Assembly (NCBI GenBank): GCA_021613535.1
Contig: CP075492.1
Location: forward strand, 14,119,769 to 14,183,768
DNA from: Adineta vaga
Taxonomy: Eukaryota; Animalia; Rotifera
Length of the DNA: 64,000 nt
Direction: 5' to 3'
Below the pieces are notes generated by a model that searched no databases, had not been told where the DNA came from, and saw only the letters and a list, made by a program, of their open reading frames with translations. Shown here one piece after another: positions 33,901-46,113 of this stretch; position 1 is the stretch's first letter; every line of letters starts with the position of its first letter. The translations under genes were made by a program, and so were the position numbers.

Positions 33901-35678
33901 ACCGTGAAAGAATTCCAAGAAAATTAGTATATTTTGAACCATGGAATAATTGTTGTTGATGGGATAATGTGGTAGAAAAATTAAAAGTATCAGTCTGTTT
34001 AGCGACACTAAATATGTTATGAATAACGATCTGCTCACCACTTAGTATGAACAAATAAGTCTATATTATATTTATCAAGTTAAATTTCAAATATATTTTA
34101 CCTGTCTGTTGATGATTCAATAAGTTTTACAATATTCTTATATTCAGGTGTTGAACTAGATAATGTTTCAATGTAACATTTTAATGCTCGATATTTTGCT
34201 TCGATCGGTGCTTTCATATTCCAATTCGTCAGTTCATTGACTGTCAGCATATCTCGAAGCATCTTTGAATTGTACAGACGTTCTAGTAGAGCAAATCAAA
34301 AGAATATATCAATACATACTTGACATAAGTCTAATTTTTCAATCAATACTCGACGATTGTTGATGAGATCAATTTGATACTGTGATCGATGTGGTAAGAA
34401 TGAATAGAAACGAGTTACAGCAGTAGGATCATTGGTAGATTTCAATTCCAGTAGTGCAGCTTCAGCTTCAATGATCTATACAATAATTTTGGATATGAAC
34501 TATATTTTATACGCATGTAGAACAATGAATGTGAATACCGTTTTAAGAGTGATGGATTCCAGTGATATACTCAACATTTTATTCAGATCACCAATGGATT
34601 CTAACCAAATTGATTCAATGAATTGACACACATTTTCGTCAAGTATTTGTGCATCAAGACGATGAGTAAATAATGACTAAGTACAATAAGATCATTATTC
34701 AGTTATTGATTCAATATCATTTTGCTTACGCGTAATAATAATTTTGAACCTAATTTATTCGGTAATATGTCACGAATTCGTGTTATACGTGGCATTGTAG
34801 ATATTCGATTATAGTAAGATGCAAATAATTGTTGTTGTTCATTCGGATCATTACCAAATGCATACTGTATTAAAACATTCTTATCGTGTTGCTGCACTCG
34901 TTCATCAACGATCTGTTTTTCATATCGAAATCGTATACGATAATCACTTGTCTTCGAATTGTAGTATTGTTCAGGAATAATTTGAAGTTCGAGAGCAAAG
35001 AAAACAGTTGAACTATCATTCGTTTCCTATATTATGAACAATAAAACTTGTAGAAATTCGAACATAAGTATGTACTTTGAAAATTGCCCATTTACCAATC
35101 GTACAATGTGTTAATTCATCAAAATGAGGTAAATTTCTATCGTCTGCATTCCATAGTTTGATCTTATTTAAATCGAGTTTAATGATTTTAGTCGCATTTG
35201 CTCGAGATTCTATATCGATTAAGAAAATATAAAACCAATGCAAATAAAAAATACAATACAGTACCTGTAAGAGTAATTGTGCCAGTCTTAGTAAAATTGT
35301 CTTGATCTTCAACTGATTTGATACTAAATTTATTAATATCGATCGATATTTGATCAGACGATAGGCAACGACATTGATACACATATTCAACATCGATTAC
35401 TGGTATACCAAGCTTTTTAGCACGACGTATTTTATAACTATCCACATTGTTTGTAGTTAAAACATAATCAGTCTTAAAGAAAATTTAAACTATGTGTTTA
35501 CGGACGAGAAGAGATAGAAGGAAAACAAACATACACTAGCGGTAAGAATATATGAGATCTGTGCGTGTTGTTCTCGTAGATAATTGATCAAGTCTTTTTT
35601 AGCTTTGAAGCTTTTTTCATGACCAAGTTCCAATACAATAGTTTTTCCGTTGAATGGCGATATACGTGAAGAAGTCAT
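30934..35678 (-). CDS. vault-PARP (PARP4)-like multi-exon gene: BRCT - PARP catalytic - VIT - VWA
   Basis: ATG at 35678. BRCT-like exons lie at 35678..35490 and 35445..35188 (…SYKIRRAKKLGIPVIDVEYVYQC). The PARP catalytic exon is 33886..33491 (GYGIYFSDSVSTSLQY, RRLLCICRVALGES). The VIT domain is at 33079.. (MYQVYHNTSSVPIEAKYVFPLDENSTVCGFEAHINNKVIKGVVKEKEQAKQEYREAIEKG…). The VWA domain has the MIDAS motif IIFIIDVSNSMDG and LVSDGHIND (32300..31251). Frame changes between ORF blocks imply many short introns that were not all mapped. Confidence 0.7.
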
Positions 35679-35986
35679 CGATGATATTTAAGGTAATTTT
35701 CGATATAAACGTGCAAAAATATAAGTATGGTTACTCTGACTCACATACATTTTACACGTTGCGCGTTATTGCACAAGCCGTTGAAATACGTGTATGGTGA
35801 ATGTTTTCTCCAGTCATGCAAGAAGGATTGTCGCTAATTGTCTTAGAGAATGAATATTTTTTACTGGAAAAAGTACCTTTTATAAATCTACAGTTTGATA
35901 ACATGAAACTGAATTTAATCAACGAGGAATCGCTCTAGACAACGGTAATTGAAAGTTAGAATTAATCTACGTTAAGCTGTCTATAT

Positions 35987-36352
35987 TTGATCAGTATAGG
36001 AACATGTGATCATGATACTTGTCAATGCGATAAAGTTGCTGTTGAATGTTTTCTTCGTCATAGAAATACTACTTATGATCGTGATTTCAATAATTGGAAA
36101 GGTCTATGTACTAAAACATCCAACGAACCATCAGATGATCCTCAGAGATGTCCACCTGTTTGGAATAAGAAAACAAAATATATGCGTAATAATTTAGTAA
36201 GTATCAATGGAATTGTATATCAATATCTTCAGACAAATAATCCAGGTGAAAATCCCAAGAAAAAACTACCCAGTATGAATATACTAGAACGTGAAGCACG
36301 ATGGAAAAAGTTGAAACGATGCCGACGTATGGACATAGTGAATGACTTTTAA
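35987..36352 (+). CDS. group-III (bee-venom-type) secreted phospholipase A2-like, C-terminal exon
   Basis: TCDHDTCQCDKVAVECFLRH resembles the SCDCDDKFYDCLKN block of group III sPLA2. The catalytic CCxxHDxC block would lie in an unlocated upstream exon. An acceptor …tttgatcag|TATAGG lies immediately upstream. The gene is divergent from the PARP4-like start 300 bp away. Confidence 0.35.
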   Translation: MISIGTCDHDTCQCDKVAVECFLRHRNTTYDRDFNNWKGLCTKTSNEPSDDPQRCPPVWNKKTKYMRNNLVSINGIVYQYLQTNNPGENPKKKLPSMNILEREARWKKLKRCRRMDIVNDF

Positions 36353-36666
36353 AACTTGAAAATAAATCATCATGATAGTAGTAAAATGGTTAACAGATAT
36401 TTATATATTGTGGAATTCTACGATATAACGCGTGATGTATGATTCATCCTTTCAGTTATACACATTTCATAGTGATTCACACATATGTTAATATATAGAG
36501 AAAACGAAAAAAAGATAAAAGATAACTATATCTGACTATATATATGCACATGTTCGAGGATAGAAAGTCAAAGAAAAGAAGATAAAACTACACAATATAT
36601 GTTCGCATTTTAACGATCACATCCAAGTGACTTTTCTTTCTTAAAACATTTTCGTCGAAAATCATT

Positions 36667-37931
36667 ATGTATACACTTTCATACGATACATTTATTAACA
36701 ATAATGATATCTGTTTATTACCTGGTATTAATCCTCAAACAATTGAAACTTGCTGTGATCTACTTCAAAAGAATCGTGAAACTCATCATGTTTTTTTCTA
36801 TATACCAGGTGGTTTTCATAATCATATTGCACATCATCTTTTAGCTGCTCTTGGACTAGGTGCTTCATCTTCTACATTGAAACATATCTATGAAAAGCAA
36901 ACAAAGATTCAACAACCATTAGTTGCACTTAATCAGAAAAATGATTTTAATGCAGAAAAATGTTTAGGTAATGATAATTATTATCATAATTATTTGGAAT
37001 TCTTTGAAAACGAATTGAAAAATGAAAAATATCATGGAAGTAGTATTGATTTAATTGAAGATTATGTGTTCAATAAAGGTTATCTTGGTCTTATATTAGG
37101 TGGTGCTTATCATCCATTTATTCATCTTGGATATGCTCTCGAATTTCAATCGAAAATAATGACTATTGAAGGTTTAGCGATGGCAGCAGTTGATCGAATC
37201 AATATGAACGAGATTGTCGAACATTTAAATTATGATCAAATAAATAACGATGGTAATCGAACAGCTTTAGAAATTATTGACTTAATTTTGAACGATCGTC
37301 GTTTTGATGAAATGATTTTTTATACAGATCCGAGACCAAAAACAGATACATTCTTGAAAAGAGGTGGTGCTCCATTGATTGCAGAATATGCTCGAATGTG
37401 GAAAGTAGATTTAAATGAAGCAAGACAAATTAGTATCTTAGTGAATACGGCTGCTCTACGACCAAAGAAAGAACCACGTTTAGATTTTTTTCTTATGCAT
37501 GCAACAACAAGTGGTTTATTCTTGGATATCATTGTTCATTCATTAAAAAACAAAGAAAATCAATTGAAATTAATAAGAGCTAAATTTGCCGTCGATCTTT
37601 TTATTACGTTGCACGTGGACGACCAAAATTAAATATAGATTACTTATGTAATGAATATCAAGTCTCAAAAGAACATTTATATGCTGATGCAACAAATCCA
37701 TGGTTACCTCTTATTGATAAATGTTTAACACATTCAGATGAACATGTACCAAAGACAATAAGAGCATTGATCTATGCAGAAAAATTTGATAAGGCACAAG
37801 ATAAAGAGAAATTACCGTATTTAAAAATTGCACAAATGGTTATGGATACTTTATTTCCAATTGGAGAAAAAGATTGGGTTGAAGAAGGGATTGGTTGGGA
37901 TGAATATTGGATGACTGTAAACGATTTGTAA
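36667..37931 (+). CDS. questin-oxidase-like (DUF4243, AflY-like) oxidoreductase, interrupted by a single +1 frame switch near 37600
   Basis: ATG at 36667. The family signature HNHIAHHLLAALGLGASSSTLKHIY is present. The ORF stops at 37632, but the next frame continues with a convincing C-terminus (YVARGRPKLNIDYLCNEY…GIGWDEYWMTVNDL*) to 37931. No GT-AG intron can explain a 1-nt shift. Confidence 0.6.
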
Positions 37932-38355
37932 AGATTTTGATGTCATCTTTGAAATAAACTTTATCTTTGATCATTAGTTTTAATATTTTATATTTAAAGT
38001 CTTTCAAAACAATACTAAAAAGTAGAGTGAAATGATTGTTTATTGGTTTTAACTGATTGACGAATACTTCAAACAAAATTATTTCAGTTGAAATTACAAT
38101 CAGTAATTACAACAACATCAATATATAGTTTTTACAAATTATTACGAATAGAGAAATAATCGTCTACGGAATACGTTTCTATTTCAGCATCATGCCAATC
38201 ATATATAGTTATATTATCAGATTATTCGCCATTCACTTTTATACTTTATAGATAATAATAGTCAAGAGAATTAGTTATGAGTATTAGTAAAAAGCATCTT
38301 ATGTTAGTATCTACGGATGATAAGAAAACGTTTCTTTCCATGTTCCATCAGTTGT

Positions 38356-38668
38356 TTAACATGGTTTTAGAACATTTTCCTCATATAGATCGGCCATATT
38401 TCCACCTGAAACATAGTTTCCAACGACATACAAAGTGTTGCTCTTAGACACTGCTCTACCAATACTCGAACGTGTTGTACTTTTCCAGACTACTTGCGTG
38501 AAATGTCCAGTAAGCTTCTCCACCTTTTGAGAACAAGAAGAAAGTTTTAGATGCGAAAATGAAACAGATATTATGATTTACCTTCGCTGGATACTACTGA
38601 ACCCGATGAACTAGCTGAATAAAAGTTCTCACCCATCCATTCTCCATGGAATTTATTTCCACTGTGCT
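38356..38668 (-). CDS. CAP/SCP (GAPR-1/GLIPR2-like) protein, two 3' exons (model incomplete)
   Basis: The last exon 38523..38356 encodes VEKLTGHFTQVVWKSTTRSSIGRAVSKSNTLYVVGNYVSGGNMADLYEENVLKPC*, carrying the CAP1 (GHFTQVVW) and CAP4 motifs. The exon 38668..38582 encodes …HSGNKFHGEWMGENFYSASSSG. The 58-bp intron between them has good signals but the phases do not reconcile (phase 1 versus phase 0), so a frameshift or a missed micro-exon is possible. Confidence 0.5.
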
Positions 38669-38690
38669 CTAAATACATCATTATTTGAGG

Positions 38691-38740
38691 GTGTGGGTGT
38701 GGCAATTGATAAGTTAAACGAATGAAGGGTAAAGTACTAC
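38691..38740. repeat. short hairpin element, copy 4 (gagggtgtgggtgtgg…gaatgaagggt), inside the CAP gene
   Basis: Shares the GAGGGTGTGGGTG and GAATGA(A)GGGT blocks with the copies at 5049 and 13836. It is probably intronic. Confidence 0.35.
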
Positions 38741-39219
38741 TTGACATGAAATAGAGATTTATTTGCGAAGATCACTTTACAACCATCAGGACTATATGAT
38801 ATGGTTCAACGTTTGGCAATGATCATACTTGGTATACATAGATAACAAAAACTATTGTAACTTGACAAGTGCGTACAGTTATCTCAATACACACATTCTT
38901 ATGAACTTCTTCATTTGAATTCGTAATATCTAGCTCAAACATTGTAAGAAAATTGTGTTTTGTCTAGAAAGCAATAAACATACTTCGCCAAGGTTTGATA
39001 AGAAGGGAATATAGAACGTAAAAAACAAATATAATTTCGCAACGTGTTAGCCGAAGGTGACGTTTTATATGGTTATCGATATGAAAAATCCAAATCATCA
39101 TTCTGTATGCCTTACGCAATACGTTTACGATTCATAAGACTATAAAACAGTAGGATATCAATGATATACTATCGAAAATGAGCTCAGACATTATTACTAA
39201 CGATAGAACGAAAACAGTC

Positions 39220-40255
39220 ATGAAAAAAACTGTTTTACTTGATATTCCACCACGATTACAATGGGATCATGGCAATGGTTTCTGTGGTGAAACATCGCTT
39301 CAATCTATCGGTAAATAAAATTCGACTTTTTTTACAAACTCTCACTATAAATGATAATTATTTGATATTATTAGGTCTAAAGTATGGTGCTTGGATTTCA
39401 CAAAAATTAATTCGTGATATTAACAAAGGTGAATACCTTTTACAACCAATGTCCTCCAATGATCGTCGAAATTCATTACGTACTTTGGCAAAACTTCATT
39501 TCACATATGACGAATGGGATTGGAAGAATTCTCCTCAACCACAATTCCATCAGTTTTGTCTTTGGATGAAACGATGTATTTTACAACGATGTCCTATTAT
39601 ATTTGCTATTTTTCTTCCTGGTATGGATTATGAAGATTATGATCATATTGTTCCTGCAGTTGGCATACAATATCAAAATGAAGATGAATACGATCCAGAT
39701 GATAAACTGATCTATTATGATTTATACGCGAAGAAACAAATTAAAAAAAGACTCAATAACGAGGAATTCGGTGCAACTAGAAGAACTATTGATTACAAAA
39801 AGAATGCTGGCGATGGATGTTTACCAATTGATGTAAGCTTTTTCATTCTAATTCTATATCATCATTGAATACAGACATAGAAATCTTTTCTGATATCGTA
39901 GATTGATTATGGTATTGCTATCACTGGTATAGTCGATGAAGATCAAGTAACATTACCAATTCATTTATCTGTTTCTGCGTGTGATGAACCTGATCCAATC
40001 TTTTGTGAAGCTCCACGAGAAATGACTGGAATCATTACCGTAGAAAATCTAACAATTGGAATGTTTTACGCTCTACTAAGATATTCATCCTACAAACATG
40101 TGCCAACAAAAGGTGATGCGGATGCTTTTCTTCAATCGAACTTTGATGAAATACATGTATTTATGGCAATGGAAACGAACTATGTGTATGAAGATCCAAA
40201 GCAAATATCATCAAAACGATCCGTTTATTATCGATGTGTTATAGTACCTGAATAA
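39220..40255 (+). CDS. three-exon gene encoding a papain-like (peptidase C39-like / BtrH-N-like) cysteine-peptidase-domain protein, 300 aa
   Basis: Exons 39220..39310, 39375..39832 and 39902..40255. Introns are 64 bp (GTAAAT…ttattag) and 69 bp (GTAAGC…atcgtag), with phases 1 and 0 consistent. The N-terminus MKKTVLLDIPPRLQWDHGNGFCGETSLQSIG|LKYGAWISQ carries a C39-like Cys block, and DHIVPAVGIQY later supplies a His. The family call is tentative. Confidence 0.6.
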
Positions 40256-40868
40256 TATTTGTCAAATTTCATACAGATGTAAACAGATGAATAACAACTA
40301 CCAATGTCGACTTTTATCAAGCGATTTTTTGATGAAAATATTGCAAGAAATTGATTGTCTTATACTTTACAGATGTTAGATTATGGAGTTAGGTTTTTTT
40401 TCTGTAATTATAAATTTGTGAAAACTAAACGCAAAGGATGTATTCGTAACATAAATAAAACGAAGCGTACAAGGAAAAACGATATCGAAGTTTAGAAGGA
40501 CATCTATTTATCAGTGAGAAAAATGTGTTTGTGTATATCCTTCGTTATACAGTAATCTGATCGAAGGAAATAAATCAAAGAAAACTGTTTTGAATGTAGA
40601 GCTATAAAATATCAAGTTTTGAACTTTTATTAACAAAATACATCCGACGTATGCGTCTCAAAGAAAACGTATCATTGATTTTTGTCGTAAGAAAAGAAAG
40701 AAAACATGCCTGTCTATAGAACACTATGATGATTTTGCATATACTATAACCAAGGGTATCAATGGTATATTTAGAAAAACTTTCTATAAGATAGTTATAT
40801 TTTATTCAGACATACTGCATGAAACTCATCTTAACATTCATCACAGTGTCTCTTTCGTTTTTTTTTAT

Positions 40869-43800
40869 TATGTTTGTGAAGATGGTTGTGAATTAACATT
40901 TGATCGAGCCAATGCTTCTGTTAATCGTTTTAATGTGATTGTAATCTATGAAGAAAAGAAAATCAGAATACGTTAGACAAATATGATATAGTTTCAAAAC
41001 ATACTTCATTCAATTGTCTTTGCATATCTTCATATGTATTCCCGTTGATTGAACTAAAAAGATATTCAATGAATCATACAGTAAACTTATATTCAATACA
41101 TGTCTCTCTACTAACGATTCCAGTAATTTTCTTTGTTGATTTAAATTCTTTTCCTTCTCGAAATTTACAACCGATCTAGCATAACCATACGTTGCAGCAT
41201 TTTCAAATTTACTCCATCGTTTATGAAGTACTTGACGATTTAATGGAATTATCTCTAAAAAATATTATCTATGCTTCATCTTGAATCTCTTTTAATTCTA
41301 TTATTCTTACTAAAAATCGGTGTTGTAACAGAATTATGTTCAGTTCTGATACTATCAAGATTTGAAGAGCAACATTTCTTCCACAGAGCAAGACACACAA
41401 TCCATATATGTGGTATAAGTATCAATGGTGGATAAGCTAACCATGGACGCTCGAAATATTCACGTACAAATGAATATCGTTGAAAACGCCAGTAGAATTC
41501 TGTATTTTCTTGAACTTCATGAATAGTACGGCTATAAAAGAAAAGAAATTTGATTGCCTAAATCGTCTCGAAAAATACAAGTATGTTGTTACGTAAAAAC
41601 AGCAATTAATAAATTCAACAATAAGATATTAATGAATAACATATGAAATGCTAAAAGAACATGTGTCGCAGTTGCTTCAGCAATAAATGTACTATTTTCG
41701 TTATGTATTATATCTATAGACGAAATATTTAGTCTATATGCATAAGAAAAAAGGCAAGCCTATCAAATGTTCTTACTATCTAGTGTGATTGTGTCGTTAT
41801 ATTGTCCATGAATGAACCAATATGGTGAATAAAATATATTCTCAAATATACCTTGACCAGTAAATGGTACTTGTTTGTACATAAAAAGTGCACGTGAAAC
41901 AACACCATATGCAGCAATAGCAATAAATATCATATACACAAATGCACCTAAATCACGCAACTAAAATAATCAAAGATAAACTATCTATACAATAATCTTA
42001 ATTATTTACCATATTTCTCAGCATAAAAAGTTTTGGTCCTAAAAATTTGAGAGCAATCACAAATTTTAATGAACGAAGATACCACAATTCTAAATCGAAT
42101 GCCATGATAATTCGTGCTGCTGATAAGACACTTGGTGTATTACCAAATGCATAACGTAACAAGATTCCAAGATAGAAAAGAAGAAATGGTAGAGCATAGA
42201 AAGGATTAGCTAACTTAGTAAGAATTAAATGAGTAGTTGTATTCCATTTCTCGAGCATTCTTGTATGCAAATCATGAACAATCTAGAAGTTCAAGATGAA
42301 TAAAAAGAGAAAATTCATTATTTCACATTACATACTTGTCGTATTTCTTCGAGAAACATGGTAGTAACAATAATGATGATTGCATATTCAGTCCAATGTA
42401 GTTTACCATTTGTATATGCAAGTGAATCGAAATGATAAAGCATCATATAACTGAATATCAACAAGAAGAAAATATATGAAATCTAAATTGAAATACAAAA
42501 AATGATGTAGAATCGTTTGATCGAATTGTTTACTTACGACATGATAGCACATTTTAACGAGTGGAGTTTCGTGAAAACTAACGAATTTCTTCCAAAAACT
42601 AGGTTGATCTTCATCAATATCATAATTGATACCATTTTCAGATAATCTAAATAAAAATTAATTGATGAAATACTTCGAACATGAATGTAGTATTCCAAAA
42701 TATTAACATACTTTACATTTCTCGTATGATCATCAAATGCTTCCTAAAATGCAAAGAAATGAGAGAAAATAGTTGTGAAGTAATTCTATACATACATTAG
42801 AATGATAATCTTCTTTTGATCGATATTCAAGAACTTTAGGTGCAACAAGTCCAAATGTTGCTATACTACATGTCAACCAAATTTTCGAGGAAAGAGATTT
42901 GTTTGAAAGAGCCAATTTATTATACCAAATTTGATTGAGTACATGATCAAAACATGCTGTTTCTAAGAATTTAGCATTCTTTCCAGATATTGCAATCTAT
43001 ATCAAGAATTGTCGTAATTATATGACCAAAGTAATTTGATAAAGAATACTCACCTGCATACATGTGACATTTCCAAATGAAGGAATTACTCTCATTAGTA
43101 ATTGACAAGTGAGTGCTTCATTAATTTCATAGCAGAAATTAACACATTGTGCTGAATAATTTTCGAATTCAATCACTTGTCGATTGAGTCTATCTCTAAC
43201 ATCAATAATTGGTGTTTCATTTGCATAACTCTTGAAGATTTTTGCAGCAATCAATGAAGCAGAAATACGTTCTTTCATATGAATTAAAATAGTCTTTGCC
43301 ATTAATGAAAGATCCATGAATACAGACCAAAGAAATAGATCTCTTAACATATCTTGTTGCGAATAATTGTAGTTACTGTCATTTGCTGTCGTATTGTTCG
43401 GATTAATACCTATTGTAGTAATGTTTTGAACAGTTTTCATACCTTCCAATACATCCTGATGAACTTGTAGAATAATATTTTCATTCTCAGACGCAACTTG
43501 ATTCTTGAAATATTTCACGGAAGACCAATTTGCTGAGGGTGTCCTTGGTGCAGTCGGAGGAAGAGAATGATATACAGAATCAACGTATGAACCTAACCAT
43601 TTCCTTAACTTTTTATTCAGTATTCGAATATTTGTCAAGTCTTCATTTCTTTGACCATAAAATAACTTTACTGATTCTTTGTTATGATACTACAATGAAA
43701 AGATTTTCAAGAAAGTGTATTCGAATAGAATAAGTGACAAAGTTTTATTAACTTCGTGTGCGTTATCTTTGATATGCTTGTATAAGCTAAGAACAAACGT

Positions 43801-45728
43801 TTGACATGCTGTTGCGGTGTCTACGTTGGGTGTTTCAGATTCAAGTTGTTCATTATTGGAAGAAGTTTGACCGGTAAGACTTGATAAATCTCTTGGATCA
43901 CAATCACAACGTAGGAAATAGTCAACGAAAGACGGACGATTTTGTTCTAATGCTAGTTTCAATAATTTTCCACGAAGATACTTATCCTAAATTGTAAAGA
44001 ACATAAAAAATGTAGTTCAAAAAATAATATTTCAATTACCTTTGTTTGACCGTCTTTTTCTCTTTTCGTATTATTTACTTCAAGTAATTGTTTTGCACCA
44101 TCTAAAAAATTCCATCTGATAGATAAATCTAGTAATCGTGCACGTTTCTCATCATCGGGATTGTCTTTGTAAGCTAGAAAGAATCAAACAATTAGTTTTT
44201 ATACAAAATACAAGGATCACTTGCAATGACTTACCTGAGAAAATAGCTTGAAATATAGTTTCTGAAACATTTTTCTCTGCATCAAGTTGATATACGTGCA
44301 ATAAATATCGATTGCTACTTTTCATTACGTCAATGATCTGTTTGATACGAGTGGATCGATCTTTGTCTCCTATTAGCGCAGGAAAATAGGTATCTAGCTG
44401 CTCTTCTATTTCAGATTCTGTCGGTTCTCTAGAGAAAAGATCTGTGACGAAATAGAAACTATTCAGTACACGATAAAAGCATACCGTAATTTAGTTCGAT
44501 CAGTATTTGTTGTCAACTGTATGAGACTGGCTAATACATCAGATATTCGACCACTTTTCTAAACAAAGATTTCATACAAAGTTCGGCATGATTGTCGGAT
44601 CAACATCAATACTATCGATACAAACTTGCAATAAAACAACAGGTCTTTTTACTCCAAGATCAGCTTGTATTACTTCTAAAGTATTAGCACCTCCTTCTAC
44701 TATGATTGTTACCCCATAGCCTAAATATGATACATTTAAATTAGAATATATCGCACCATGTAATAGGAAAAATATGTCTGAAAAGTGATACTCGATACTT
44801 ACAACTTCCATCGCGTGTTGCTTGTTCGACAAATTGTGCTCTTGGCATATCACTCAGATGACCACACAATTGACCGTTGTCTAATATTAAGTGATGGGTA
44901 TGATTTAATTCTAGTGAATCTGCTTCTTCTTGCCAGTTTGGATCAGTTTGTCTAATACGTTTCAATTCTTCGGGATAATCCTTAATATAACATTATAAGA
45001 GAAATAGATTAGTGCAATCTGTAATAGCTCAGAATAGCTTACAGGTGAGTTCTGCTTCAACATCATTCGTGTTTGTTCCGTTAGACTACCCCATTGTGTT
45101 AGACCAATACATGTTATATTTTTAGGATGTTGTTTTAAAACTCGATATTGTGAAATGCCTTCTCCAATTAGATTTGCCACACCATTATTCACACCAGCTG
45201 TTAGAATCCATGCATCTATTTAAAATGAAAATTAAATTCATATTCTAGAATCTGTCAAAATCATGATCATCTACCAGCTCTCGTTGCTAAATCAATAATA
45301 CCAGTAACAAAATCTTTTTCTATTCGTTCACTCAATGTAAAATATCTTGCACCACCATAGGCACTTATTAATAGATTGGGCTTTTGATTGTTACAGTCGT
45401 TAAGAATTAAATTGTATAATGCTACCGATTTTGTACGATTCTCGCAACGAACAAATTTCGGACCATTGGATGATAATTGACCATAAATATTAATATCAAC
45501 TGCAGCTGTGTCTTTTCCTTCATTCCATTTAGTATTGATATCATCGTTTTCGTTAAGAGTTCCCTGATGAAGTGTGACATAGCTATGCCTTGATTTTAAA
45601 CGACCACATTGACACAAATCTTTTTCTTGATGTGCTACATAGATTTTACACGTTCGTGACTTCAATTGTTTATTCTGTTTAAGATCGACTATTCGATCGG
45701 TCCATCTAAGAGACGATGCCGTACTCAT
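40869..45728 (-). CDS. TRPM-family cation channel, multi-exon
   Basis: ATG at 45728. N-terminal TRPM homology blocks: KIYVAHQEKDLCQCGRLKSRH, NLLISAYGGARYF, VNNGVANLIGEGI, LNHTHHLILDNG, GVTIIVEGGANTLEV and RPVVLLQVCIDS. Transmembrane region: AARIIMAFDLELWYLRSLKF, MIFIAIAAYGVVSRALF. A TRP box YWRFQRY lies at ~41440. The terminal exon ends …ARSNVNSQPSSQT* at ~40869. Confidence 0.8.
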
Positions 45729-46113
45729 TAAATAAGAATTATGAAATCATACAGTAGAAAAGTATTTCAACTTTTAGAGTAGTGTCGAGTTTGTATGCTG
45801 ATGTAACTTATGTTTGTGTAATATGAAGTTTGTTGTTACTAATGAAAAGAACAGGAGACGTTATAGCCACGTGTTTATTGCAACAGCATACAGTGAAGAA
45901 ATGAACGCAAGAAAGACATTTTTCATTCTTTTCAACAAGTTTTAAAATATTGACTGAAGAACAAGAAAAAAAAATGGTTGCTACTATGAATATTTAATCA
46001 AAAAGCAGATCAATGGTAATTTACCCAAATATTTTATTAAAATGATGATAGTTATTGTAATTATGAAACAAAGATTTTATTCATATGATAAACTATGTTA
46101 TAAATTTAAATCT

